From the NCBI GenBank assembly GCA_040081625.1, contig JBEBGD010000001.1:32001-96000 (forward strand): DNA of 64,000 nt, written 5' to 3'. Every line of letters begins with the position of its first letter. Within the stretch, counting starts at the first letter, position 1. The notes under the pieces were generated by a model. The model saw nothing but the letters and a program-made list of their open reading frames with translations, searched no databases and had not been told where the DNA came from. Positions 9,287 through 19,334 of this stretch are shown here, piece after piece. Made by a program: the position numbers and the translations under genes. This DNA comes from Chthoniobacteraceae bacterium. Its GTDB lineage: Bacteria; Verrucomicrobiota; Verrucomicrobiia; Chthoniobacterales; Chthoniobacteraceae.

Positions 9287-11689
9287 ATGAAGCGCTGGTT
9301 CAGTGGCTTGAGCGTTCCCGGACAACTGCGGCTGATCCTCGTCTTTTTGATCCTGCCCAATGTGTTGATGCTCTATTTCTTCGTCACGGGCATCAACGCG
9401 AACATCCGCTTCGCCGAGCTGGAGCAGAAGGGGAGCGAGTTTCAGCGTCCGCTGGAAGACTTGCTCGAGCTGATTCCGCAGCACGGCCGGCTGAGCGAGC
9501 AGGTGAGCCGGGACGCACCGACGAGCCCCGAACTCGTGGTGAAGCAGCGGAAGATCGATTCGGCGATGACAACGCTGCTGGCGGTGGATGCCCGGCTCGG
9601 TCGCGAGCTGCAATTTACCGATGAAGGACTGGCCAAGCGGGATCGGGAGCATTTCCGCCCCGCGACGCTCCGGGCGGAGTGGGAGGGCTTGCGCGCGCGA
9701 CTCTCCGAGCACACGCCGGCGGCGCGCGCCGAACGCCACCGCCACCTTGTTTCCGACGTGCGCGAGATGATCCGGCACGTCGGAGATATGTCCAATCTCA
9801 TCCTCGATCCGGACCTCGACAGCTACTACCTGATGGACGTGACGCTGCTGGCGCTGCCGGCGGCGAAGCACAGGCTCGCGGAGATCATCGCCTACGGAAG
9901 GGAGGCTCTCCAGGACCGCAAAACGCTACCCAGGAGGCGATCGCAACTGGCCATCCACGCCGCGCTGCTGCGCGAGTCGGCCCTCGATCGGGTCACCGGG
10001 AGCGTGCGGACAGCGTTGAACGAAGACGCGAACTTTTACGGAACGAGTGCCAGCCTCCAGGCCGAGCTGCCGGCGGCGCTTGAGAACTACATCGCCCGCA
10101 TGGAGGGGTTCATCTCGCTGAACACGCGCATCGCGGATGGCGAGGAACTCGCGTTGAGCCCGGAGGAATACCTGGCGGCGGGCAGCGCCGCTCGCTCAGC
10201 CGCCTTCCAGCTCTGGGCGGTCGCCGAGCGCGAACTGCGCACGTTGCTCGAGCGCCGGATCGATCACTATCGCGGACGGCGGACCTTGAGCATGGCGGTG
10301 GCCGGTTGTGCGCTGCTGGCCGCCGTGGCCTTCATGGCCGTGATCTGCCGGGGCGTCACCAGGCCGTTGCGCCGGCAGGCGGCGGCGCTGGCTGCGGGCA
10401 ATGAGGAACTGCGCGCCGAAGTCGCCGAGCGCGTGCGGGCGGAGGAATCGTTGCGCGAGAGCGAGGCGCGTGTGCGGGCCGTGGTCGATAGCGCGCTGGA
10501 CGCGGTGGTGAAGATGGACACGACGGGCCGCATCATCGGCTGGAATCCGCAGGCCGAGGTCATCTTCGGCTGGAAGCACGAGGAGGTCATCGGGCGCACG
10601 CTTTCCGAGACGATCGTGCCTGCGCAGCACCGCGAGGCGCATGAGCGCGGGATGAAACGCTTCATAGCGACCGGGGAGGCGCGCGTGCTGAACCGGCGGA
10701 TCGAAATCACCGCACTGCGGCGCGGCGGAGAGGAGTTCGACATCGAGCTGGCCATCACACAGATCAAAATGCAGGAGCGCATGGAATTCTGCGCGTTCCT
10801 GCGCGACATCACGGCGCGCAAGCGGCAGGAGGCGGAGATGGCGGAGCTGAACAAGCAGATCGCGGATGCCTCGCGGCGGGCCGGCATGGCGGAGGTGGCC
10901 ACGGGCGTGCTGCACAATGTCGGCAACGTGCTCAACAGCGTGAACATCTCGCTCGAGACCGCGGCGAAGAAGGTCGCGAGCTTGAAGGCCGGGAGCCTCG
11001 CGAAGGTCGCGGCGCTTTTGCAGGAGCACGCCGCGAATCCGGCGGCATTTTTTGCGGGAGCACAGGGAGCCGGCCTGCCCGTCTTCCTGAGCCAGCTTGC
11101 GGAGCACTTCGTGAGTGACCAGGCGTCGGTGCTCGGGGAGCTGCGTTCGCTCAAGGGCAACGTCGAGCACATCAACGAAATCGTGGCCATGCAGCAGCGC
11201 TACGCTGGACTGGGCGGTGTCACCGAAATCCTCGCGGTGTCCGATGTGATCGAAGATGCGCTGCACCTGAACTCGGTCGCGCTCGATCGCCACGGCGCCG
11301 TCGTGGTGCGCGAGTTCGATGCTTCGCTGCCCGCCATGCCGCTCGATCGGCACAGGATCCTGCAGATTCTCGTGAACCTCATCCGCAACGCGAAATACGC
11401 GATGGATGAACCGGGCGCCTGCGGCAAGCAACTGACCGTGCGCACGCGGCGGAGCGAGGCGACCTTCGACGTCGCGGTCATCGACATGGGCGTCGGCATC
11501 AGCCCGGAAAACCTCACGCGCATTTTCGCAGCCGGCTTTACCACCAAGCGCAACGGCCACGGCTTCGGCCTCCACTCCAGCGCACTTGCGGCCCGGGGGA
11601 TGGGCGGCGCGCTCCGCGTGGAGAGCGAGGGCACCGGCCGCGGCACCACCTTCACCCTCGAGCTGCCGCTGCCGCTCTCTGCATCATGA
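9287..11689 (+). CDS. Membrane sensor histidine kinase with MCP-like extracytoplasmic domain and PAS
   Basis: Two TM helices flank a helical sensor domain with SNLILDPDLDSYYLMD; PAS; H-box GVLHNVGNVLNS; NLIRNA; GFTTKRNGHGFGL. Start at ATG 9287. Confidence 0.92.
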   Translation: MKRWFSGLSVPGQLRLILVFLILPNVLMLYFFVTGINANIRFAELEQKGSEFQRPLEDLLELIPQHGRLSEQVSRDAPTSPELVVKQRKIDSAMTTLLAVDARLGRELQFTDEGLAKRDREHFRPATLRAEWEGLRARLSEHTPAARAERHRHLVSDVREMIRHVGDMSNLILDPDLDSYYLMDVTLLALPAAKHRLAEIIAYGREALQDRKTLPRRRSQLAIHAALLRESALDRVTGSVRTALNEDANFYGTSASLQAELPAALENYIARMEGFISLNTRIADGEELALSPEEYLAAGSAARSAAFQLWAVAERELRTLLERRIDHYRGRRTLSMAVAGCALLAAVAFMAVICRGVTRPLRRQAAALAAGNEELRAEVAERVRAEESLRESEARVRAVVDSALDAVVKMDTTGRIIGWNPQAEVIFGWKHEEVIGRTLSETIVPAQHREAHERGMKRFIATGEARVLNRRIEITALRRGGEEFDIELAITQIKMQERMEFCAFLRDITARKRQEAEMAELNKQIADASRRAGMAEVATGVLHNVGNVLNSVNISLETAAKKVASLKAGSLAKVAALLQEHAANPAAFFAGAQGAGLPVFLSQLAEHFVSDQASVLGELRSLKGNVEHINEIVAMQQRYAGLGGVTEILAVSDVIEDALHLNSVALDRHGAVVVREFDASLPAMPLDRHRILQILVNLIRNAKYAMDEPGACGKQLTVRTRRSEATFDVAVIDMGVGISPENLTRIFAAGFTTKRNGHGFGLHSSALAARGMGGALRVESEGTGRGTTFTLELPLPLSAS

Positions 11690-13467
11690 TCCTTCCCGCA
11701 CCGCGCCGCATTCTCGTCATCGACGACAACCCGGCGATCCACGCCGATTTCCGGAAGATCTTCTGTCCCGCGACCAACGCGGAAGTGGATCGGAGCGAGG
11801 CGTCATTTTTCGGCGAACCGCTTCCCGAGTCCACGCTCGGCACCTTCGAGATCGAGTCGGCATTTCAGGGCGAGGGTGGCGTCGCGCGGCTCGAGCGGGC
11901 GCTGGCGGAGGGCCGGCCGCCTTCGGTCGCCTTCGTCGATGTCCGGATGCCACCCGGCATCGATGGCATCGAGACCGCCGAGCGGCTCTGGAAGCTCGCG
12001 CCCGATCTTCAGGTGGTCATCTGCACGGCCTACTCCGACTACTCCTGGGAGGAGATGATCGCGAAGCTCGGCCAGCGCGACCAGTTGCTCATCCTGAAAA
12101 AGCCGTTCGCCGCCATCGAGGCACTCCAGCTCGCGTGCGCGCTCGGCGAGAAGTGGCACATGGCGCAGACGGCCCGCGAGCACCTGGCGGAAATCGAGCG
12201 CGTCGTCGAGGAGCGCACCCGGGAGCTGCGCGACGCGAATCACGAACTCGCCGCCGAGATCGAGCAGCGCAAGCAAGCCGAGTCGCACCTTTTGCGCGCC
12301 CAGCGGCTCGAGAGCATCGGCACGCTTGCGGGCGGCCTCGCGCACGACTTGAACAACCTGCTCAGCCCCATCCTCGTCTCCGCGCAGTTGCTGCGCGACG
12401 AATGGCCGCCGGAGGCTCGCGAGGAATTCATTGCCACGATCGAGACCAGCGCCGAGCGCGCGGCCGGCATCATCCGGCAGGTGCTCACGTTTGCCCGCGG
12501 CATCGAGGGCGAGCGCGTCCCGCTCCAGCCGCGGCAGCTCGTGATCGAGATCCGGAAGATCATCGGCGAGACTTTTCCCCGGCACATCAACATCGAGATC
12601 GACCTTGGGGAAGACCTCTGGCTCATCGAAGGCGACGCGACCCAACTGCACCAGGTCCTCATGAATCTCTGCGTCAACGCCCGCGATGCGATGCCCAGCG
12701 GCGGCACGCTGCGCATCGCGGCGGAGAACTTCGAGGCCACGGCGCACCACGTCGGCGCCGTCGTCGGACAACGCGCGAGCCGATGCGTGAAGCTGTGTGT
12801 TTCCGACACCGGACACGGCATCCCGGCGGAGGTTGCGGATAGAATCTTCGATCCGTTTTACACGACAAAGGAAGTCGGCAAGGGCACCGGGCTGGGGCTC
12901 TCCACCGCGGCCGGCATCGTCAAGAGCCACGGGGGCTTCATCGATCTCCGCAGCGAGCCGGGCAAGGGCACCACGTTCGAAATCGTCCTGCCCGCCGTCC
13001 ACGACAGCGTCCCGGCGAAGGTCGCGTCCGGCGCCACTTCACCCGCCGTCGGCAACGGCGAATTGATCCTCGTCGTGGACGATGAGGATCATGTCCGCAG
13101 CGTGATCGATGCCGCCTTGAAGGCACACGGCTACCGCGTCCTCGTCGCCGCCGATGGCGCCGAGGGACTCACCAACTTCGTCGCGCGCCGCGGCGAGATC
13201 CGCGCCGTCGTCACCGACCTGGACATGCCGTTCGTCGATGGAGTCGCGCTGTGTCGCGCGCTGCGCCGGATCGCACCGTGCGTGAGCATCGTCGCCACCA
13301 CCGGCACCATGGACGACGCGCGTGAGCTGGAGCTCCACGCGCTGAACGTCCGCACCATCCTCCCCAAGCCCTTCCCGACCAATGCCCTGCTTGGCGCGTT
13401 GCAGGATGCCATCGAGTCGGGCGAGTCGGCGGTTGTTTCACCGGTCCCGATGATCGCGGTCGCCTGA
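11686..13467 (+). CDS. Hybrid REC-HisKA-HATPase-REC protein
   Basis: RRILVIDDN, FVDVRMPPG, GLAHDLNNLL, NARDAM, GKGTGLGL, C-terminal REC; ATGA-coupled to the upstream kinase. Confidence 0.93.
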   Translation: MILPAPRRILVIDDNPAIHADFRKIFCPATNAEVDRSEASFFGEPLPESTLGTFEIESAFQGEGGVARLERALAEGRPPSVAFVDVRMPPGIDGIETAERLWKLAPDLQVVICTAYSDYSWEEMIAKLGQRDQLLILKKPFAAIEALQLACALGEKWHMAQTAREHLAEIERVVEERTRELRDANHELAAEIEQRKQAESHLLRAQRLESIGTLAGGLAHDLNNLLSPILVSAQLLRDEWPPEAREEFIATIETSAERAAGIIRQVLTFARGIEGERVPLQPRQLVIEIRKIIGETFPRHINIEIDLGEDLWLIEGDATQLHQVLMNLCVNARDAMPSGGTLRIAAENFEATAHHVGAVVGQRASRCVKLCVSDTGHGIPAEVADRIFDPFYTTKEVGKGTGLGLSTAAGIVKSHGGFIDLRSEPGKGTTFEIVLPAVHDSVPAKVASGATSPAVGNGELILVVDDEDHVRSVIDAALKAHGYRVLVAADGAEGLTNFVARRGEIRAVVTDLDMPFVDGVALCRALRRIAPCVSIVATTGTMDDARELELHALNVRTILPKPFPTNALLGALQDAIESGESAVVSPVPMIAVA

Positions 13468-13529
13468 CCCGCGCGCGACCGAAAGCGTTGCAAAGGAAAG
13501 TCGGCTCGGGAAATTACCCACCCGAACTC

Positions 13530-15923
13530 ATGACTCTCAACGATCGCATCGCGCCCGACCGCATGGCGCAAAGGCTGGCTTCCGTGGTGGCGTGCGCTGT
13601 GTTTTGCCTGACTGCTGCGTCGGGCGCGCGGGCGGCGGAGCATCCGGGCGCGGCGATTTACCAGAAGCTGTGCATCGAGTGTCACGGCAAGGATGGGGCG
13701 GGGGTGAAGGACAAGTATGACGAGCCGCTGCACGGCAATCGCTCGATCGAGGCGCTCGCGAAGCGGATCGCGAAGACGATGCCGGAGGATAATGTGGGCG
13801 CGTGCGTGGGCGAGGATGCGAAGCAGGTGGCGGCTTATATTTACGACGCGTTTTATTCGCCGCAGGCGCACGCGCGGCTGAAGCCGCCGGAGTTCGATGT
13901 CGCGCGGCTCACGATCGCGCAGTATCGCGCGTCGGTGGCGGATGTGGTGGGGCGGTTTCGTCCGGGCTTCGACAAGCCGCTGGGCACGGAGCGCGGGTTG
14001 AAGGGATTCTACTCGGGGCTGGCGATCGAGAAGCCGGAGCCGGTGGTGGAGCTGCCGCCGGGCGCGGCGACGCCGCCTCCGAAGAAGAAGAAGGGCGATC
14101 CGCCGAAGGCGCGGTTCGACCGGCTCGATGGGCAGGTCGCGTTCGCTTTCGGCGAGGGAAGTCCGGATGCGGAGAAGCTGCGCAACGAGGAGTTCGCGGT
14201 GCGCTGGGAAGGGTCGATCATCGCGGAGGAGACGGGCGTGTATGAGTTCATCGTGAAGACGGAGAACGGCGTGCGGCTGTGGGTGAATGACACGAAGACG
14301 AACCTGATCGACGCGTGGGTGAGCAGCGGGCCGGAGGTGCGCGAGCAGAAGCGGAGCATCTACCTGCTCGGCGGGCGCGCGTATCCGCTGACGCTCGAGT
14401 TTTTCAAATACAAGGAGAAGACCGCGTCGGTGCAACTGCTCTGGAAGCCGCCGCATGGCGTGGTGTCGGTGATCCCGCAGCAGGCGCTGTCGCCGGTGCG
14501 GTTGCGCGAGACGATGGTGGTGAAGGCGACCTTTCCGCCGGACGATCGGAGCGAGGGCTACGAGCGCGGCACCGGCGTGTCGAAGGCGTGGGACCATGCG
14601 ACGACGGAGGCGGCGATCGAGGTGGCCGAGCATGTGGAGAAGAACCTCGAGGAGCTCGCGGGCGCGCAGGCGAATGCGGCGGATCGCGCGGAGAAGCTGC
14701 GGGAGTTTGCGCGGCGGTTCGCGGAGGCGGCGTTCCGCCGGCCGCTCGGCGGGGAGGACGCGCGGCTGATGGTGGAGCGGCAGTTCGAGACGGCGAAAAC
14801 GCCGGAGATCGCGGTGAAGCGTGTCGTGCTGCTCGCGCTCAAGTCGCCGCGCTTTCTTTTCCCCGACCTGCCGCACGACGGCGCGCCGGACGATCACGAA
14901 GTCGCCGCGCGGCTCGCGCTGTATCTGTGGGACTCGATCCCGGATGCGAATCTGCTGCGGGCGGCGGAGCAGGGGAAGCTGCGCACGCAGGAGCAGATCG
15001 CGGAGCAGGCGCGGCGGATGATCGGCGACGCGCGCGCGAAGGCGAAGGTGCGCGGGTTCTTCCACCACTGGCTGGAGCTGGAGCGGGCGGAGGCGATCGC
15101 GAAGGATCCGAAGGCGTTTCCCGGATTCGACGCGGCGGTGCTCGCGGACCTGCGGACGTCGCTGGAGCTTTTCCTCGACGAGGTCGTGTGGAGCGAGCGG
15201 TCGGATTATCGGGAGCTGTTGCAGGCGGATTATCTGCTGCTCAACGAGCGGCTCGCGAAGCTCTACGGCAAGAGCGTGGACGGCGAAGGTTTTCAGCGCG
15301 TGGGCTTCGACCCGAAGCAGCGCGCGGGCGTGGTGACGCATCCGTATCTGCTCGCCGCATTCGCCTCGAGCAAGCAGACCTCGCCGATCCATCGCGGCGT
15401 CTTCCTCACGCGCACGATCGTGGGCATGACGCTGCGGCCGCCGCCGGAGGCGGTCGCGTTCGAGGACGCGAAGTTCGACGCGCACCTGACGATGCGCGAG
15501 AAGGTGACCGAGCTGACCAAGAACACGAGCTGCATGGGCTGTCACAAGACGATCAATCCGCTCGGCTTCAGCCTCGAGAACTACGACGCGATCGGCCGCT
15601 GGCGCACGAAGGAGGGCGACAAGCCGATCGATGCCGCGAGCGATTTCTCGACGAACGAAGGCCAGACGATCCGGCTCACCGGCGCGCGCGACCTGGTGAA
15701 GTTCGCCGCCGAGAATGCGGACGGGCATCGCGCATTCATCCACCAGCTTTTCCAGCACGCGTCGAAGCAGGCCGTGAATGTCTATGGCCCCGACACGCTG
15801 GAGATGCTGCGCAAGACATTCGCCGAATCCGACTACAACATCCGCAAGCTCCTAACCGAGGTCGCCATCACCGCCGCGATGCGCGGGATGCCCGGGCGCG
15901 AGGGGAAAGTCGCGCAGCAATGA
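13530..15923 (+). CDS. DUF1592-family (PSD/PSCyt) cytochrome c protein with PA14 domain
   Basis: Signal peptide; heme motifs CIECH and CMGCH; PA14-like segment (FAVRWEGSI...NGVRLWVND); [40 protein letters not shown]. Start 13530 or 13563. Confidence 0.88.
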   Translation: MTLNDRIAPDRMAQRLASVVACAVFCLTAASGARAAEHPGAAIYQKLCIECHGKDGAGVKDKYDEPLHGNRSIEALAKRIAKTMPEDNVGACVGEDAKQVAAYIYDAFYSPQAHARLKPPEFDVARLTIAQYRASVADVVGRFRPGFDKPLGTERGLKGFYSGLAIEKPEPVVELPPGAATPPPKKKKGDPPKARFDRLDGQVAFAFGEGSPDAEKLRNEEFAVRWEGSIIAEETGVYEFIVKTENGVRLWVNDTKTNLIDAWVSSGPEVREQKRSIYLLGGRAYPLTLEFFKYKEKTASVQLLWKPPHGVVSVIPQQALSPVRLRETMVVKATFPPDDRSEGYERGTGVSKAWDHATTEAAIEVAEHVEKNLEELAGAQANAADRAEKLREFARRFAEAAFRRPLGGEDARLMVERQFETAKTPEIAVKRVVLLALKSPRFLFPDLPHDGAPDDHEVAARLALYLWDSIPDANLLRAAEQGKLRTQEQIAEQARRMIGDARAKAKVRGFFHHWLELERAEAIAKDPKAFPGFDAAVLADLRTSLELFLDEVVWSERSDYRELLQADYLLLNERLAKLYGKSVDGEGFQRVGFDPKQRAGVVTHPYLLAAFASSKQTSPIHRGVFLTRTIVGMTLRPPPEAVAFEDAKFDAHLTMREKVTELTKNTSCMGCHKTINPLGFSLENYDAIGRWRTKEGDKPIDAASDFSTNEGQTIRLTGARDLVKFAAENADGHRAFIHQLFQHASKQAVNVYGPDTLEMLRKTFAESDYNIRKLLTEVAITAAMRGMPGREGKVAQQ

Positions 15924-17015
15924 AACCGAAAGCACCCAATCAAATGAGCCCAATCAATCGTCGCCAATTCCTGCGCCACTTCGGCGTCTCCGCCGCCGCG
16001 CTGCCCTTCCTCGCCGGTCTGCCGAGCCTCACCGGCGCGCCGCTCCCGCAGCGCCGCCAGCGCGTGGTCATCATGTTCTCGCCGAACGGCACGCTGCCGA
16101 GTGACTTCTGGCCCGACGCCGGCGCGGAGGAGCTGGTCTTCAAGTCGATCCTGCAACCGCTCGAGCCGTTCAAGGCGCGCACGCTCGTGCTCAACGGCAT
16201 CGCCAACAAAATCCGCGGCGACGGCGACAGCCACATGCGCGGGATGAGCTGCCTGCTCACCGCGAGCGAACTGCTGCCCGGCAACATCCGCGGCGGTGGC
16301 GGCAGTCCGGCGGGTTGGGCGGGGAACATCTCGATCGACCAGGAGATCAAAAACTTCCTGCAAAGCCGCCCGGACACGCGCACGCGTTTCGGTTCGCTGG
16401 AATTCGGCGTGGCCGTGCCCGATCGCGCGGACCCGTGGACGCGCATGAGCTACGCGGGAGCGAACCAGCCCATCGCGCCCGTGGACAATCCGTATCAGAT
16501 GTTCGGCAAGCTTTACGGACAGATGAAGGATCGCGACAGCCTCGTGAGCATCCTCGACGACGTGCGCGACGCTCCAATACATGCGCTCGGTCGGCCAGGC
16601 GCAGATGCGCTGGCTCGGCGTCGAGGAGGGCCACCACACGCTTTCCCACGAACCCGACAGCAACCAGGGCGCGTATGAAAAGCTGCAGAAGATCAACACG
16701 TGGTTCTGCGGCGAGTTTGCCTACCTCGCGAAGCGCCTCTCCGAGACGCCCGAGCCGACTGGCGAAGGCAGCATGCTCGACCACACGCTGCTCGTGTGGA
16801 CCAACGAACTCGGCAAAGGCAACTCGCACACGCTCGACAACATCCCGTGCGTGCTCGTCGGCGGAGGCACCGGCTTCAAGATGGGCCGCAGCGTGAAGTT
16901 CGACGGTATTCCGCACAACCGCCTCTGGCTCGCCATCGCGCACGCGATGGGTCACCGGATCGAGACCTTCGGCAAGGCCGCGCTATGCCAGGGCGGCCCG
17001 CTCGACCTCGCGTAG
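15920..17015 (+). pseudogene. DUF1552-family Tat-exported protein disrupted by an internal deletion with frameshift
   Basis: N-terminal part (RRQFL Tat motif, MFSPNG, ISIDQEI, SLEFGV ... SILDDVRD) in the frame starting 15920; C-terminal part ([35 protein letters not shown]) in the +1 frame from 16566; junction cgcgacg at 16565-16571. Confidence 0.85.
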
Positions 17016-17252
17016 GCGTCGGCGTCGCGATCAGGCTTGCCAATCCAGCGGCGATATCGAGTAGCTCGTTCATCGGAAGTTCGGAAAGGCTCGGGTGACT
17101 CCTGAACGAGAAGCGCGGATTTTCGGCAGTGTCCGCATTTGGCTTGTTTGGCAGGAAAGAAGCGCTCGGCCCGATTCCCGCCTGCGCCGGTTACGGAGCG
17201 GCGAGCGCTGCACACGAGTTGGATTCATAAATTGTGAAGTCGCGGTGCAACC

Positions 17253-18695
17253 TCACGCCGTCGCGCCCATCAACTCCGCGATCGGTCTGCCATCGCTTAC
17301 GATCGGCGTGGGGCGTCCGGCGAAGTCGTTGATCGTGATCTTCGCGGCGTCGATGCCGAGATGGTGATAGATCGTCGCGAGGAAATCGCCGGGGCCGCAC
17401 GGGCGCTCGACGACATCCTCGCCGCGCGGATCGCTGGCGCCGATGACTCCGCCGGTCTGGATGCCGCCGCCGGACCACAGATTCGTGAACGCGCGCGGCC
17501 AATGATCGCGGCCCGGCTGCACGACGCCCGCGGGCGCGCTGGCCTGGCCGCCACCGGAACTCGCGACCTGGCTGATCTTCGGCGTGCGGCCGAACTCGCC
17601 GCTCACCACGACGAGCACTCGCTTGTGCAGGCCGCGCGCATAGACGTCCTCGATCAGTGCCGACACCGCTTGATCGAACGGCCCGGCGCGGAAGCGCAGC
17701 GCATCGAAGACGTGATGATTGACCGCGTGATCGTCCCAATTCGACACGCGCCCGCACTGAGGCCCGTCGAGACAACTGGTGATGATCTCGACGCCCGACT
17801 CGACGAGCCGCCGCGCGAGCAGGAGTTGCTGTCCCCAACGATGCCGCCCGTAGCGGTCGCGCGTGCGTGCGTCCTCCTTGCCGAGGTCGAAGGCATCGCG
17901 GGTCCGCGGGTTCGTCAGCAGCGTCATCGCCTGCGCCTCGAACTGATCCATCGTCCGCATCTCGCCGGATGCATCGACTCCACGCTCCAGCGAATCGAGG
18001 CTGCGGCGCAGCGCGACGCGATCATTGAGCCGATCGACGTGCGCCGGGCCGGACACGCCGATGTTTGGAATCTCGAAGTCGGGCCGGCTCGGATCGCCCA
18101 TGATCGCAAAGGGCGAATACGCCGGACTCACGTAGCCGGGTCCGGCGATGGTGAAGCTGTCGTAGTTGATGATCGGGTTGACGCCCACGTAGGTCGGCAG
18201 CGGTTTTTCCTTCCGATCCTTGGAGCGGAGATAATTCGCCACGGTCATCCAGTCGGGCAGGCGCGGCTTCGGTTTGTCGATCGCGTCGGGATCGCCCGAG
18301 AGCATTTGCAGCGAGCCCGCCGGGTGTCCGCCGCCGGTGTGCGTCATCGAGCGCAGCAGCGTAAATTTGTCCGCGATCTCCGCCTGGAGCGGGAGCAGTT
18401 CCGTGAGCTGCATCCCCGGCACTTTGGTCGCGATCGTCTTGAACGGCCCGCGATACTCGCCGCCGATGTCCGGCTTCGGATCGTAGGTATCGAGATGCGA
18501 ACACCCGCCGCGCAGCCACACGAGGATGACCGCCGTCTTCTCGCGGGAAGACTTCGCGCTGGTCTCCGCGCGAAGCCGCAGCAGCCCCGGCCAGCTCAAG
18601 CTCGCAAACCCGGTGAGCCCGATGCGCATGAACCCGCGGCGGTTCAGCGGACCGGCACACGACGTGAGTGCTGGGGAGTCGGAAGGCGAAGGCAT
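17253..18695 (-). CDS. DUF1501-family protein (Tat signal)
   Basis: NRRGFMRIG; WLRGGCSHLDTYDPKP; RDRYG; LLARRLVESGV; WDDH; GEFGRTP; GRDHWP. Start at ATG 18695. Confidence 0.92.
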   Translation of the reverse strand: MPSPSDSPALTSCAGPLNRRGFMRIGLTGFASLSWPGLLRLRAETSAKSSREKTAVILVWLRGGCSHLDTYDPKPDIGGEYRGPFKTIATKVPGMQLTELLPLQAEIADKFTLLRSMTHTGGGHPAGSLQMLSGDPDAIDKPKPRLPDWMTVANYLRSKDRKEKPLPTYVGVNPIINYDSFTIAGPGYVSPAYSPFAIMGDPSRPDFEIPNIGVSGPAHVDRLNDRVALRRSLDSLERGVDASGEMRTMDQFEAQAMTLLTNPRTRDAFDLGKEDARTRDRYGRHRWGQQLLLARRLVESGVEIITSCLDGPQCGRVSNWDDHAVNHHVFDALRFRAGPFDQAVSALIEDVYARGLHKRVLVVVSGEFGRTPKISQVASSGGGQASAPAGVVQPGRDHWPRAFTNLWSGGGIQTGGVIGASDPRGEDVVERPCGPGDFLATIYHHLGIDAAKITINDFAGRPTPIVSDGRPIAELMGATA

Positions 18696-18938
18696 GTCGG
18701 GCTTACGCAGACACACAACCCGGAGGCGGCGCAGTCCAAAGGGATTTGCTTTCCGCAACGGGGGAGTCCTGTTCCGAGCGGTCGCGCCGTGGCTCCGCGA
18801 CACCTGCGCGGCGCGGCATGATCCGATCAAACCCGGTTGGCATCCTTTTGGCTTCGCTGCGGGAACGGGATGCCCGGTCCGTCCGCTCCGCGGTTCTTTG
18901 CGTTTGCCAATGCGAGCGGATGAGCCTCCGGTAGCGCC

Positions 18939-19247
18939 ATGACTGAATCGACGTCCAAGCCCGAGACCGCCCTGCAAAAAGTGAAACGGCACCTGAAGAT
19001 CGCCGGGCCCGAGCCTGAGACCGTCATACGCCGCAAGTTGCAGCGCGCGTTCGATCGCCTGAACCCGCCCATTGCGCTCTCCATCCGCGGCGACAAGCCA
19101 TACGAAGCGAAGTGGCGGGAGGGTGCGGAGCTGGCGTTCAGCGGTTTCGGCAATACGGCCGATAGTGCGGCGATCAATGCCGCCGCCGAGCTTTTCGAGT
19201 CGCCGAGGGGCGCGGAGATCCTGGCCGCATTGGCCGGGAAGATTTAG
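18939..19247 (+). CDS. Hypothetical protein (102 aa)
   Basis: ATG start, protein-like composition, fills the gap between DUF1501 and the sialidase-like gene; no family recognised. Confidence 0.55.
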   Translation: MTESTSKPETALQKVKRHLKIAGPEPETVIRRKLQRAFDRLNPPIALSIRGDKPYEAKWREGAELAFSGFGNTADSAAINAAAELFESPRGAEILAALAGKI

Positions 19248-19334
19248 GGGCGGGGGAGTCATTGGTGAGTCGCGACGAGATTCTGCGTGCTTGCGCGCCA
19301 GGTGGGAGTCTCGCGTAGTTTCATCCATCGCCCC

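Noticed and set aside
16555..16585. Programmed ribosomal frameshift in the DUF1552 gene
   Set aside because: No slippery sequence, and a conserved internal segment is missing, which fits a deletion better.
17016..17252. Less GC-rich gap between convergent genes as a small gene or sRNA
   Set aside because: The short ORFs have no recognisable motif and I found no convincing structure.
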